Origin: Nitrososphaerota archaeon
GTDB lineage: Archaea; Thermoproteota; Nitrososphaeria; PSMU01
Reading direction: 5' to 3'
Assembly: GCA_040290255.1 (NCBI GenBank)
Contig: PSMU01000001.1
Span: forward strand, 128,001-192,000
DNA length: 64,000 nt
The notes beneath the pieces were generated by a model. The model did not search any database, was not told the DNA's origin, and saw nothing but the letters and a program-made list of their open reading frames with translations. Shown piece after piece: positions 1 to 9,061 of the stretch. Positions within the stretch are counted from its first letter, which is position 1. Each line of letters starts with the position of its first letter. The position numbers were made by a program, and so were the translations under genes.

Positions 1-78
1 TGCCTTATTTTCCGACGATAAAGACATATCACACCGTTTATATCTCATGCCGCTCATGGCGAACGGTAAACCATAAGG

Positions 79-180
79 TGCCGGGGGCGGGATTTTCGCT
101 CGATTTCGAACCCGCGACCTCCGGATTATGAGTCTCGCCCTACATGACCGGCGCCCAAAACCAGGCTAGGCGACCCCGGC
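79..180 (-). tRNA. tRNA-Met(CAT), probably elongator, with two non-canonical BHB introns (30/31, 14 nt; 59/60, 12 nt)
   Basis: Reverse complement: GCCGGGG..CCCCGGC-A acceptor stem. Anticodon arm CCGGA-CTCATAA-TCCGG after removing 147-134; T arm GCGGG-TTCGAAT-CCCGC after removing 104-93. Both inserts have 4-bp central helices and 3-nt bulges. Confidence 0.9.
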
Positions 181-202
181 ACTTCTCATGATATTCGCAA
201 GC

Positions 203-211
203 TATATATAA
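203..211. promoter_or_regulatory. Probable bidirectional TATA box (TATATATAA)
   Basis: About 25 nt from the tRNA-Met 5' end (minus) and about 25 nt from the GTG at 234 (plus). Confidence 0.55.
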
Positions 212-233
212 GTTAACCTTTCGCTGAGTCGAA

Positions 234-350
234 GTGAGCCTCACCGACTTTTTCAATGCGGCCGTGAGCCTCACGATAGCCTCTGCAATTCTTACTCTCA
301 TCATCATCTTCCTATACCTTAGACCTGAAGCTACGTCGGCCTCTGGCTAG
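234..350 (+). CDS. 38-aa single-pass membrane micro-protein (not in ORF track)
   Basis: GTG..TAG frame encodes MSLTDFFNAAVSLTIASAILTLIIIFLYLRPEATSASG, with a hydrophobic helix and a TATA box at leaderless spacing. Confidence 0.5.
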   Translation: MSLTDFFNAAVSLTIASAILTLIIIFLYLRPEATSASG

Positions 351-363
351 CTGTGCCCCTATA

Positions 364-1788
364 CTAAGGCATATTCCTGGGTGATAGCACTTGAACCATC
401 GTATACTTAGTCACCTCTAGCGTGACTCTATCTCTGAACATCTTGGGTTTTGCGGCCCTTATTAACACCTTTTGCCCTGAGCGGAGCATCTTTACCTGGT
501 GCGCGTTACTGCCCCAGGCCACCAATTCCACCTCACCACTGCTATCTCCTATTAGGATCCTCGCCTGCTCGACCTCCTTGCCATCGCTCAACTTCACAAC
601 TCTAACCATTGGCCCAGATAACGTGATGGCGGGCAAAAAGACCCATTGTTCGCCCGGCCCTATATCAGCTATTTTCTTGGAAAGTGCCTCTACCGCTGAT
701 GCCTTCGTGTTTCCTTCGACGCTCTTTATCTCGACAACATCATGCGCCCTAATAAAGCTCGCTGAGCTCCTACTGGTCAGATGCACGTTCGCATCCAATA
801 TATCGCCTAACCTCAGGACAAGGTCCCTAGAGGCTTCCACAAAAATAAGCTCCCCGACGTCGTTCCTGCACACCAGATAAGCAAGGTTGCTCTGCGGGTC
901 CTCTCTGAACGAGAGCACGGTTAGCGCCTGGGTTCTCTGCAGGTCTTCCACTTCAAGATCGCTTTCATCGCCACCCTTTATGAGGAGGCCCCCATAGCTG
1001 CTTTTTGTCACTCTTACATTGTATAGGTACACCAACCTTCCCTCTGCCTCAGATATTCTCTCCAGCGTCAATGGAGGCCGGCGGAAGAGAACTCTTAAAG
1101 GCAGACCCACGCCCCTTACATCCCTGATTCCAAAGGTAACATACTCTAGACCCTTCCCCTCCGTATCCATAGACCCTCGCACCTTCCCCGCGACAATCCC
1201 CCGGAGGACCAAAAAATGCGTCCTGTTCCCAATCGCCGATACATCCGTCGCCAGTTCCTTGGGACTGCTAACGCCTTCTATGTCCGATAGCTTCTCAACC
1301 ACACTATTCTCTCTAACATGTACTGTCACATGATAATCTCTAGCCTCTGTTACAGCTACATTTGAGACCCTGAGCGCATCACCCCTTGAGATCTGTAATG
1401 ATTCCAGCTTCTGCGCTGCTCGCTCCCAAAAGATCATAAGAGCACAGGCACGCTCATCATAGAGAACCCCTTTTCGATAAACCAGCTCGCCCCCTTGGTC
1501 CCGGTTCCCCTGCTTCATCTTAGTAGGGCCTAGAGTAAGGACACGTCCTATCACAGTTACGCCTCTAAGTCCTGCTGTCAGATCACCTACCCTCAGGGCC
1601 AGTATTGGTTCAGGTTCTAAGCGAACACCTAAGTCAGCAGCCACTAGGTAAGCCGCGCCGAGCCGACTCAAATAACCGCCCCCGATCCTCTCACGCTTCT
1701 CGTCTATTAGCCTAAGGAGTTCTTGGGAATCCCTGCCCGTTCGCTCGCTGATGAGCCTAAGCAGTTCGTCTAGCTTCCTTACACTCAC
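364..1788 (-). CDS. rpa: Replication protein A / multi-OB-fold ssDNA-binding protein
   Basis: N-terminal 'GYLSRLGAAYLVAADLGV' typical of archaeal RPA; OB-fold motifs such as 'IGDSSGEVELVAW'. Confidence 0.8.
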   Translation of the reverse strand: MSVRKLDELLRLISERTGRDSQELLRLIDEKRERIGGGYLSRLGAAYLVAADLGVRLEPEPILALRVGDLTAGLRGVTVIGRVLTLGPTKMKQGNRDQGGELVYRKGVLYDERACALMIFWERAAQKLESLQISRGDALRVSNVAVTEARDYHVTVHVRENSVVEKLSDIEGVSSPKELATDVSAIGNRTHFLVLRGIVAGKVRGSMDTEGKGLEYVTFGIRDVRGVGLPLRVLFRRPPLTLERISEAEGRLVYLYNVRVTKSSYGGLLIKGGDESDLEVEDLQRTQALTVLSFREDPQSNLAYLVCRNDVGELIFVEASRDLVLRLGDILDANVHLTSRSSASFIRAHDVVEIKSVEGNTKASAVEALSKKIADIGPGEQWVFLPAITLSGPMVRVVKLSDGKEVEQARILIGDSSGEVELVAWGSNAHQVKMLRSGQKVLIRAAKPKMFRDRVTLEVTKYTMVQVLSPRNMP

Positions 1789-1843
1789 TTTCCTTCCCTC
1801 TTCAATCAGTTCCCCTATTAAACTTCCACTATTTAGTCCGAGC

Positions 1844-2155
1844 TCATAGTGACTTCGCTGTTGCCGCCCTCTTGCGCTTACAGATCATCAGCTCTAGCGA
1901 GGACAGATGCTTTATTCCGCCACCAGGCACTTCGATCGAATCCTTTTCAATTTTCCAACCCTCAATGCTCAGATCCTTTATGAAGCTCTCCCTCAACAAG
2001 TTAACCACCCGCGCCATATTAATTATGCCTACCCCTCTAGCCCTAACTTTAACGCTATTGCATCCCGTATTGAAATGCGTGAGAATGGCGGTCACATAGC
2101 TGAGGGGCGGCTTCTTGCTGCCTATTATGACGAGTGGTAGCTCTTCCTCCAACAA
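1844..2155 (-). CDS. albA: Alba DNA/RNA-binding chromatin protein
   Basis: 'IIGSKKPPLSYVTA..VKVRARGVGI..SSLEL' Alba signature. Confidence 0.85.
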   Translation of the reverse strand: MLEEELPLVIIGSKKPPLSYVTAILTHFNTGCNSVKVRARGVGIINMARVVNLLRESFIKDLSIEGWKIEKDSIEVPGGGIKHLSSLELMICKRKRAATAKSL

Positions 2156-2245
2156 GGTCGCACGCTCCGCTCATAATATAACTCTTTACCAGCCAAGAGC
2201 TTCAGCTACGGCCTCAGCCATGATGTCGGAATCGCGCCAGCGAGA

Positions 2246-2343
2246 TGCGGGGGGTGGGATTTGAACCCACGAACCCCTTAAGGGACGAGGTCTCTCAATA
2301 TATCCTAAGCCTCGCGCCTTTGACCAGGCTCGGCCACCCCCGC
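2246..2343 (-). tRNA. tRNA-Leu(TAG) with canonical 37/38 intron (12 nt, 2292-2303)
   Basis: GCGGGGG acceptor; CGAGG-CTTAGG[ATATATTGAGAG]A-CCTCG anticodon arm; long variable arm; GTGGG-TTCAAAT-CCCAC. Confidence 0.93.
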
Positions 2344-2432
2344 ACGCTAAACTGCATTGTATTCTCTTATAAGTAAAACGTCGGCGTTTTTTGACAAGAG
2401 CCACTTTACATGATCCAAGTTAAGCCGTTAGT

Positions 2433-2891
2433 ATGCTGTTGGCCGATTGGCAGATTCGACGGGCCCTAGCGCTAAAGCGCTTGGTCATAGATCCTCTGGA
2501 CGAGGCGCTCATTCAACCTAATGGCGTAGACATAAGGATGGGCTCGGAGTTCAAGTTTCTAGACAAGACGGAAAGCTTTCGGGCTTCCTCCATTCTGCTT
2601 GAGCCACATCGCAGTGTCCTCTGCACTTCGTACGAGACGTTTAGAATGCCTAACGATTTAACTGGCATCATTTGCTTGAAGAGTTCCTACGCCAGAAGAG
2701 GCCTGTTAGCGCCTACCACAGTTATAGACTCCGGGTATTATGGCCGCTTAACGCTTGTCTTGACAGCCGGCAGCGCAGCCATCGAGCTCAGGAGCGGTGA
2801 ACCCATATGGTATCTCCTGCTGGTCCGCTCAGCCAAAGTAAAGAAACCCTATTCCGGCAAGTACCAAGGCATCGACGTTTTGTCGCAATAA
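2433..2891 (+). CDS. dcd: dCTP deaminase (trimeric dUTPase family)
   Basis: 'IQPNGVDIR', 'KSSYARRGL', 'IDSGYYG', 'YSGKYQG'. Confidence 0.88.
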   Translation: MLLADWQIRRALALKRLVIDPLDEALIQPNGVDIRMGSEFKFLDKTESFRASSILLEPHRSVLCTSYETFRMPNDLTGIICLKSSYARRGLLAPTTVIDSGYYGRLTLVLTAGSAAIELRSGEPIWYLLLVRSAKVKKPYSGKYQGIDVLSQ

Positions 2892-2908
2892 ACCAGCTTA
2901 ACCTAGAG

Positions 2909-2980
2909 GGCCGCGACCGGGAATCGAACCCGGATCTGGAGGTCCACAGCCTCCCGTGCTGCCATTGCACCATCGCGGCC
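2909..2980 (-). tRNA. tRNA-His(GTG) with genomically encoded G-1
   Basis: G-GCCGCGA..GGAGG-CTGTGGA-CCTCC..TTCGATT..TCGCGGC-C. Confidence 0.93.
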
Positions 2981-3058
2981 ATACGCCTAGAACAGTTTAG
3001 CACCTTTAACCTTTTCATCGACGGCGCATCTCATTCATGTGAGTTAGTGTGCAAGCAG

Positions 3059-3132
3059 TGGACCGGGCGGGATTCGAACCCGCGACCTCCCGCGTGCGAG
3101 GCGGGCGTTCTACCAGGCTGAACTACCGGCCC
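3059..3132 (-). tRNA. tRNA-Ala(CGC)
   Basis: GGGCCGG/CCGGTCC-A acceptor with G3:U70; CCCGC-CTCGCAC-GCGGG anticodon arm. Confidence 0.95.
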
Positions 3133-3226
3133 ATCAGCATCTCAAAGCAGGCTCCTTTAAAGTTACCAAGCCTTAACTCACCGAGAACCTGAGGATATAC
3201 CTTTGGCGCTTCGATCATAGCTTAGT

Positions 3227-3318
3227 TGGCGGGCCCGGTGGGATTCGAACCCACGACCTACGGGTCTCTCTACAGCGGTCTAAGAGCCCGCCGCTCTACC
3301 GTGCTGAGCTACGGGCCC
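3227..3318 (-). tRNA. tRNA-Lys(CTT) with canonical 37/38 intron (15 nt), encoded CCA
   Basis: GGGCCCG acceptor; GCGGG-CTCTTA[GACCGCTGTAGAGAG]A-CCCGT; BHB central helix CTCT/AGAG. Confidence 0.93.
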
Positions 3319-3380
3319 GTGTTGTGAGGTCGAGAGGACCCCCTTTAAACTTTAACTTACCCCATCCTAGTTCCAAGCGC

Positions 3381-4406
3381 ATGGCTCTGTTCTTGATAGG
3401 GCTTGGTATTTACGGGATAGAGGGCATGCCCTACAAGTTAAAGAGGGTCGCAACAAGCTGCAAGACGCTCTATCTCGAGGATTATACGGCTTATGTGCCG
3501 AACAAGCTGATAGACCTCCTGTCGGGCGAGCTCAACAAGCCCATCATAAGGGTGGGCAGGCCTTTCCTTGAGGACGGCGATGAGCTCCTCAGACAGGCGA
3601 AGCAGGATGACATCGTACTGCTCGTATACGGCGACCCGCTCATAGCTACTACTCATTTGCAACTAATTCTAAGGGCCCTCGCACAGGGCGTCAGAGTTAA
3701 GGTGATGCACAATAGCTCTATACTAAATCTTGCATATGGGGGCTTGGGTCTGCAGCCCTATAGATTTGGCAGGTTTGTAACTTTAACGCGCAGCCTAGCA
3801 CCCCCGCTTACCGCATATATGGTGCTGCATACCAACCTAGCTAATAACCTGCATACCCTCATGCTCCTAGAGTACGCGCCGGGCACCGACATCCTTACCC
3901 CGGCCGAGTGCCTCAACCTGTTGCAGAAGGCCGAGGAACAGCTGGGCCTAGGCATAATAAACGCGGACCTTTTCGTAATCGCTCTTTGTGGTTACGAGGA
4001 GGAGACCCAGATTAAAGCAGGCACGTTAGGTGAGCTGGCTAAAATGCGTTTTGGGCTAGGCCAATACTCGCTAATTATACCCGCGCGATTGCACTTTATG
4101 GAGGAGGAGGCGATCAAGAGGCTTTGTGGTTATGACGCCCCTATCCCGGATAATACACAAAGGGTCGTACCGGTTTGGCGTAAAATATTGGAGCCACGGT
4201 TAGCCGAAGTACGTCAAGCGCTCACCAAATTATATGAGCAGAAGGGCTCGCGGGGCGTTTATACGCTACTGGAGAAGGCCCAAACTTACTATGACGACAT
4301 CGACAGATACATTAAAGAGGGAAGGGCCGAGCTGGCCATTCTTACCCTTGGCCGTCTCGAGGGCTTACTCGAGAGCCATTCCAGCCACTTGAAGGTGAGC
4401 AGTTGA
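3381..4406 (+). CDS. dph5: Diphthine synthase with C-terminal DUF357-like helical extension
   Basis: 'LFLIGLG', 'YLEDYT', 'GDPLIATTH', 'GLQPYRFG', 'LHFMEEE'. Start moved to ATG 3381. Confidence 0.9.
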   Translation: MALFLIGLGIYGIEGMPYKLKRVATSCKTLYLEDYTAYVPNKLIDLLSGELNKPIIRVGRPFLEDGDELLRQAKQDDIVLLVYGDPLIATTHLQLILRALAQGVRVKVMHNSSILNLAYGGLGLQPYRFGRFVTLTRSLAPPLTAYMVLHTNLANNLHTLMLLEYAPGTDILTPAECLNLLQKAEEQLGLGIINADLFVIALCGYEEETQIKAGTLGELAKMRFGLGQYSLIIPARLHFMEEEAIKRLCGYDAPIPDNTQRVVPVWRKILEPRLAEVRQALTKLYEQKGSRGVYTLLEKAQTYYDDIDRYIKEGRAELAILTLGRLEGLLESHSSHLKVSS

Positions 4407-5029
4407 TAGCTACTCGGCTGCCCCGGCATCTTAAGCAGCTGCTCTCTAAGATTTACGCCATGAGCCTAGCCCAAGACGTCGTTAGCGTCTCGGCCATTCA
4501 GAAGGAACTGCCCGTAGAGAGGACATATTTAATGAAGGAGTTGGCTAGACTCAAGGCTTTAGGCCTTATAGCACTGAATAAATCCATTAAGCTAACCGCA
4601 GAGGGCAGAAAGGCCCTTACCGTTGTTTTGGCCGGCGGCGTCTTCGATATCATACACGCCGGCCACCTCTACACCTTGAGCAAGGCCAAGCAGCTTGGTG
4701 ACGTCTTGGTCGTGGTGATCGCTACCGATAGAAGAGTGCTCTCACTTAAAGGGAGGCACGCTCTCCACAGCGCTGACCTGAGAAAGGAGTTGGTTAGCGC
4801 GTTAAAGTGCGTCGATGTCGCGCTCATTGGTAGCGAAGGCAGTATATTTGATACCGTCGTTAAATTAAAGCCTGACATAATAGCCTTGGGGTACGATCAA
4901 GCACATGATGAACAGGAACTCGCCCTAAAATGCAGAGAGATGGGGTTAAACACACGCGTAGTCAGGATAAAGGGCTACGTTAAAGGAGTAAAGACATCTA
5001 GGATTCTTAGGAAGCTTTATCGAGAATAG
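4403..5029 (+). CDS. ribL: FAD synthase (cytidyltransferase family) with N-terminal winged-HTH-like domain
   Basis: 'AGGVFDIIHAGH' HIGH motif, 'PDIIALGYDQ'; convergent with riboflavin kinase. Confidence 0.8.
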   Translation: MIATRLPRHLKQLLSKIYAMSLAQDVVSVSAIQKELPVERTYLMKELARLKALGLIALNKSIKLTAEGRKALTVVLAGGVFDIIHAGHLYTLSKAKQLGDVLVVVIATDRRVLSLKGRHALHSADLRKELVSALKCVDVALIGSEGSIFDTVVKLKPDIIALGYDQAHDEQELALKCREMGLNTRVVRIKGYVKGVKTSRILRKLYRE

Positions 5030-5717
5030 AGCGATCGAGCTTCGCTATCACATCAATAACATCTCCATCTTTGGCCGCCAACGCCTCGCGCAGGTTACGC
5101 TCCGCAATTAACTCAGCTATCTGCGCCTGATAATGTGTTCTATCTATATTGCAGAGGAACGCCTCCTCTTCCCTATTCCCGAACCGAACTACAACAGGAT
5201 AACAGGTTAGCCCACCATAGCTCCTCACCCCATCATTCCATTCTCCAATTCTAATGCCGGGCAGAGTAAAGAGCAGCAACTTCTTCAGCACATCCCTCTT
5301 CGTTAGCAAGCTTAGATTCAGGGTGCCCGGGTAAGGTACCATGCCTAGCTTCGCTTGAAACTGTCTCCTGTAACCCTCCAGAGCCATATAATAGCCCCCC
5401 TCCCTTATTCCTGTCATGACGGCTCCTCTCATTCTAATCTCGAGCGACTCTATCCCTAGGGCCTTAACGAGCATAAAAAGCATATGCGATAATTCGCCTA
5501 GGGCTACCTCGTTCACTACTATGTCGCTACGCTTGCCCGTTCTCAGCCGGCTGACATATCCCTGTCTTTCAAGGGCGATGAGATGAGCTGATATGGTTTG
5601 CTGAGCTAGGCCTAGCCTCTTTCCAAGCTCTTTTTCGGCGACCTTTATGCCCTGCTCTAGGCCTCCAAGCCTCGCAAGCTCAAGCAGCGTAAGAAGTAGG
5701 TTACCCTTTAGCTTCAT
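5007..5717 (-). CDS. ribK: CTP-dependent riboflavin kinase with N-terminal HTH (RbkR-type)
   Basis: 'SAHLIALERQGYV' HTH; 'GIREGGYY', 'PYPGTLN', 'RTHY'. Confidence 0.88.
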   Translation of the reverse strand: MKLKGNLLLTLLELARLGGLEQGIKVAEKELGKRLGLAQQTISAHLIALERQGYVSRLRTGKRSDIVVNEVALGELSHMLFMLVKALGIESLEIRMRGAVMTGIREGGYYMALEGYRRQFQAKLGMVPYPGTLNLSLLTKRDVLKKLLLFTLPGIRIGEWNDGVRSYGGLTCYPVVVRFGNREEEAFLCNIDRTHYQAQIAELIAERNLREALAAKDGDVIDVIAKLDRSILDKAS

Positions 5718-6339
5718 TTGCCATCCTCGTGGCAAGATCATGGGCCTCTCGAAGCGGCGCTGGGTAGCTCCCCCCTAACTCTAACACGATCCTCCTTACG
5801 TCCTCATTAGAAACTGCATGGCCAATGCTCGCATAGTACCTCTGCGGCCCTGCTGACGCCCATCCTATCACTTCTCCATCAGCAACTATAGCAGAAACTT
5901 CACCTTCCACTTCCTCAACCCTACCCTCTAGCAGCGACTTCGCTATTCCGACCACAGGCCTATCTAGGAGAACTCCTACTATGACGGCTAGCCCCGCCCT
6001 TCTTGGGTGAGCGTACCCGTGTCCATCCACTAGGGCTAAATCAAACTCGTCCTTTAGGGGTTCGGCGGCCGCCAGCATAAGCGGTGCTTCCCGTAAGTAG
6101 AGCAGGCCAGGGATATAGGGGAAAAACACTTTTCCCTTATATACGTTGGATTTGATCGTCGTTTTCTCTTCATAGTCATAGAGAACGGCCGCGGCCACCC
6201 CGACGCCCCTGGCGTAGCTTACATCTAGGCCCAAAAGATACCTGAGGCTCCCATTCCATCCGCGCATATGCATGGCCTTGGCGAGCTGCCTCTGTAGCCT
6301 AATGAAGAAGGATATAGTCGCCTTATCTATCCCGCTCAT
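5701..6339 (-). CDS. nfi: Endonuclease V
   Basis: 'GLDVSY', 'PYIPGLLYLRE', 'VDGHGYAHPRRAGLA', 'GIAKS'. Confidence 0.92.
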   Translation of the reverse strand: MSGIDKATISFFIRLQRQLAKAMHMRGWNGSLRYLLGLDVSYARGVGVAAAVLYDYEEKTTIKSNVYKGKVFFPYIPGLLYLREAPLMLAAAEPLKDEFDLALVDGHGYAHPRRAGLAVIVGVLLDRPVVGIAKSLLEGRVEEVEGEVSAIVADGEVIGWASAGPQRYYASIGHAVSNEDVRRIVLELGGSYPAPLREAHDLATRMANEAKG

Positions 6340-6405
6340 CTGAATAAAAAAAAGTAAAGGGTACTAAAAAGTTTACAAAAGGCCCTAATCAGAGAGGGCT
6401 TACAA

Positions 6406-7395
6406 ATGCAGGCGAAAAGAGCCTCCCGGCCTAGTGCATTTAAGCCAGTGATTACTCAAGCAGCTAATGAGCTTAGCAGGGCAGGGTTTAAGGTCCTCCC
6501 GCTCTCCGGCCCCTCTATGCCTCATATGCTAGCTGCGCGGCGAGGCATGGCAAAGCTGGTCTGTCTTTGCGAATACAGACGCCAGAGAGACTTACATAGA
6601 GCTCGCATCAATTTATCGGAATTAGCTAAAACATTAGGTCTTACGGCCGAGTTATGGAGCAAGAAAAACGCCAGAATGAGTAAGTCCGTGGTCTATAAGG
6701 CGCCTAGCTTTATCGAGCCAGCTCGTGGCAGGGCACTTGCTACCGGGGAGATGCTCGCTATCGAGAAGCTGGCCGGCGCAAGCGGATTGAGCAGGCTTTT
6801 AATGATGGAAAACGCTGGTCGGTCTATAGCGGAGGCGGCAGGCAGACTCTTTGGTTTGACGCAGGGCATGCGGGTCGTGGTGGTCGCAGGCCTGGGCAAC
6901 AACGGCGGAGATGGCCTTGCAGCAGCCAGACATTTAAGATCGTTAGGACTTAAGGTGGACGTCTTTCTTCTTGGGGGAGAGGATGAGATAAGAACACAAG
7001 AAGCGCGTACCAACTGGGGCATACTCAAGAATTTGCGGGCAGCTAGGCTTTATACCCTGAAGGAACACGGCGTTAAAGTGCTGGGCAGGCTGCTGCGACA
7101 CGCCGATTTAATTATCGACGCCCTGCTCGGCACAGGGCTCAAAGGCGCCGTTAGGCCTCCTTTTGACGAAGCAATAAGGCTCATAAACGCCTCTCAGAAG
7201 CCCGTCCTCTCCGTCGACATACCTTCTGGCCTTGACTCAGATACCGGCAGGGCGCTGGGCTTAGCCGTTAAGGCCACCATCACAGTTACTCTACACCGGC
7301 CAAAACTAGGATTGTTGCGGCGAAGCCCCTACGTAGGCGAACTCTATGTGGGCAGCATCGGTCTGCCTGTGCTGCGGAAGAGTCAAGCTATATAA
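6406..7395 (+). CDS. nnrE: NAD(P)H-hydrate epimerase (YjeF-N) with extra N-terminal domain of about 105 aa
   Basis: 'LMMENAG', 'GNNGGDG', 'IDALLGTG', 'SVDIPSG'. Confidence 0.88.
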   Translation: MQAKRASRPSAFKPVITQAANELSRAGFKVLPLSGPSMPHMLAARRGMAKLVCLCEYRRQRDLHRARINLSELAKTLGLTAELWSKKNARMSKSVVYKAPSFIEPARGRALATGEMLAIEKLAGASGLSRLLMMENAGRSIAEAAGRLFGLTQGMRVVVVAGLGNNGGDGLAAARHLRSLGLKVDVFLLGGEDEIRTQEARTNWGILKNLRAARLYTLKEHGVKVLGRLLRHADLIIDALLGTGLKGAVRPPFDEAIRLINASQKPVLSVDIPSGLDSDTGRALGLAVKATITVTLHRPKLGLLRRSPYVGELYVGSIGLPVLRKSQAI

Positions 7396-7418
7396 CTTGG
7401 CGAGTGATATTCCCTACA

Positions 7419-8447
7419 ATGGGCGTTAATCTTAGGGATCTAGTAACGCCAGTAAAAGTGAGCCTGAAGGCGCTCAGCGGTAAAACTATTGCCGTAGATG
7501 CTTATAATGCGCTCTATCAATTCTTGGCCATTATAAGAGGAGAGGCCGGCGAGCCCCTTATGGACAGCCAGGGCAGGATAACAAGTCACTTAAGCGGCCT
7601 CTTTTACAGAACCTTAAATCTGCTTTCCGAAGGCGTTAAGCTCATCTACGTATTTGATGGCGTGCCTCCCTCGCTAAAGGCCGCTGAGATAGCGCGCAGG
7701 AGGGCCGTCAAGGACGAGGCCACCCAGAAATACGTTGAAGCCTTAAAGAGGGGCGATCTAGCCGAGGCCAAGAAGTACGCGCAGGCCACCTCTATGATCA
7801 AGGACTATATGGTGGACGACGCGAAGCGGCTCTTAAGGCTGCTCGGGGTGCCCTATGTCGATGCGCCCTCTGAGGGTGAGGCGACGGCCGCCTATCTGAC
7901 TCAAAAGAAAATGGCGGACATGGTGGCTTCACAGGACTTTGACAGCCTACTCTTTGGAGCCACATGTCTAATTAGAAATCTTACGATAAGTGGGAGGAGA
8001 AAATTGCCAAATAAGCCTGTATACGTTGAGGTCGAGCCCGAGCTTATAACGCTTAACGAATTGCTTACCCAGTTGGGCCTGACGCGTGAGCAGCTAATCG
8101 ATGTCGCCATTCTCATAGGCACCGACTTCAATCCCGATGGATTTGAGGGAATTGGCCCCGCAACGGCCTTGAAACTGGTTAAACAGTATGGCCGCCTAGA
8201 GAACATCCCCTCTTTACAGGAGAAACTAAAGGAGGTCGACTACAATCAGATAAGGGAAATCTTTCTGAAACCAGCTCTACCCGCCCGAATAACTCTAGAG
8301 TGGGGCGCGGTAGATGAGCAGGGGCTAATAGACTTCCTATGCAGGGAGAGGGACTTTTCTGTCGAGAGGGTCACCAACGCCCTTAGCCGGTACAAAGAAG
8401 CTCAAGCAAGATCCGCTTCTAGCCTGGAAAAATGGTTTAGAGCCTAG
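7419..8447 (+). CDS. fen: Flap endonuclease 1
   Basis: 'MGV', 'DAYNALYQFL', 'APSEGEA', 'SQDFD', C-terminal PIP-like 'SSLEKWF'. Confidence 0.96.
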   Translation: MGVNLRDLVTPVKVSLKALSGKTIAVDAYNALYQFLAIIRGEAGEPLMDSQGRITSHLSGLFYRTLNLLSEGVKLIYVFDGVPPSLKAAEIARRRAVKDEATQKYVEALKRGDLAEAKKYAQATSMIKDYMVDDAKRLLRLLGVPYVDAPSEGEATAAYLTQKKMADMVASQDFDSLLFGATCLIRNLTISGRRKLPNKPVYVEVEPELITLNELLTQLGLTREQLIDVAILIGTDFNPDGFEGIGPATALKLVKQYGRLENIPSLQEKLKEVDYNQIREIFLKPALPARITLEWGAVDEQGLIDFLCRERDFSVERVTNALSRYKEAQARSASSLEKWFRA

Positions 8448-8712
8448 CGCTGAATCTTCCGACCCCGAGCACCGTTACTGAGCCAACCCCCTCAATGCTA
8501 CTGAGCTGCCGCTCTAACTCGTCCACACTCCCTTCGGCATCCTTCACGCGAACGTCTAAGACCAAAGCGTTTAAACCAAAGGCTATGGGCTCTTCCCAAG
8601 ATCTCTGGACCAACGATGATTTTAGCGACTCCTTTATGTTCTCAAGCAGGGAACTCAGCGGAACCTCGATGCCGCTAGGTAGAACACGTACCCGGACCAG
8701 CAGCTCCCCCAT
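8437..8712 (-). CDS. ef1b: Translation elongation factor 1-beta
   Basis: 'EEPIAFGLNAL', 'IEGVGSV'; ATG at 8712. Confidence 0.9.
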   Translation of the reverse strand: MGELLVRVRVLPSGIEVPLSSLLENIKESLKSSLVQRSWEEPIAFGLNALVLDVRVKDAEGSVDELERQLSSIEGVGSVTVLGVGRFSARL

Positions 8713-8794
8713 AACTCTCGCCCTCGACATCTCGCCTAAACCCGTAGTTATGCCTTCCGTCAAGGCCACCTCAGAGTCCAGAAGTGCTCCTAAT

Positions 8795-8983
8795 TTACGG
8801 CCCTTCAAAAAGGCAATTGATGCACTTATAAGTTCTCATCAGCTTTCTGCAAACCTCACACCTCCAAATTAGAACTTGCTTGCAATTTGGGCAATAGAAT
8901 TTAATGGCCAAGCTCTTAGGTCTTATTGGCCTATTGCAAGACGTACAAAGGGGCAAAGCCAGCTGGCTGCTCACTCCTACCAC
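8795..8983 (-). CDS. Zn-ribbon protein (DUF1610/HVO_2753 family)
   Basis: 'CTSCN..FYCPNC..IWRCEVCRK..YKCINCLFEGP'; conserved neighbour of EF-1beta. Confidence 0.9.
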   Translation of the reverse strand: MVGVSSQLALPLCTSCNRPIRPKSLAIKFYCPNCKQVLIWRCEVCRKLMRTYKCINCLFEGP

Positions 8984-9061
8984 GGACTCTTTTACGCCGT
9001 CCTAATAACATATTCCCTAGCTCCTGAAGCGGCTGCTCTGCTTACTCATGCTTCGCATCTT

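Noticed and set aside
1-57. Possible minus-strand gene start at ATG 57
   Set aside because: Only 19 codons are visible and none are recognisable.
2186-3121. ORFs 2186-2404, 2788-3018 and 2807-3121
   Set aside because: They overlap tRNA genes and are translation artefacts.
8713-8808. N-terminal extension of EF-1beta or an sRNA in the spacer
   Set aside because: The family starts at ATG 8712, and no convincing C/D boxes or structure were seen.
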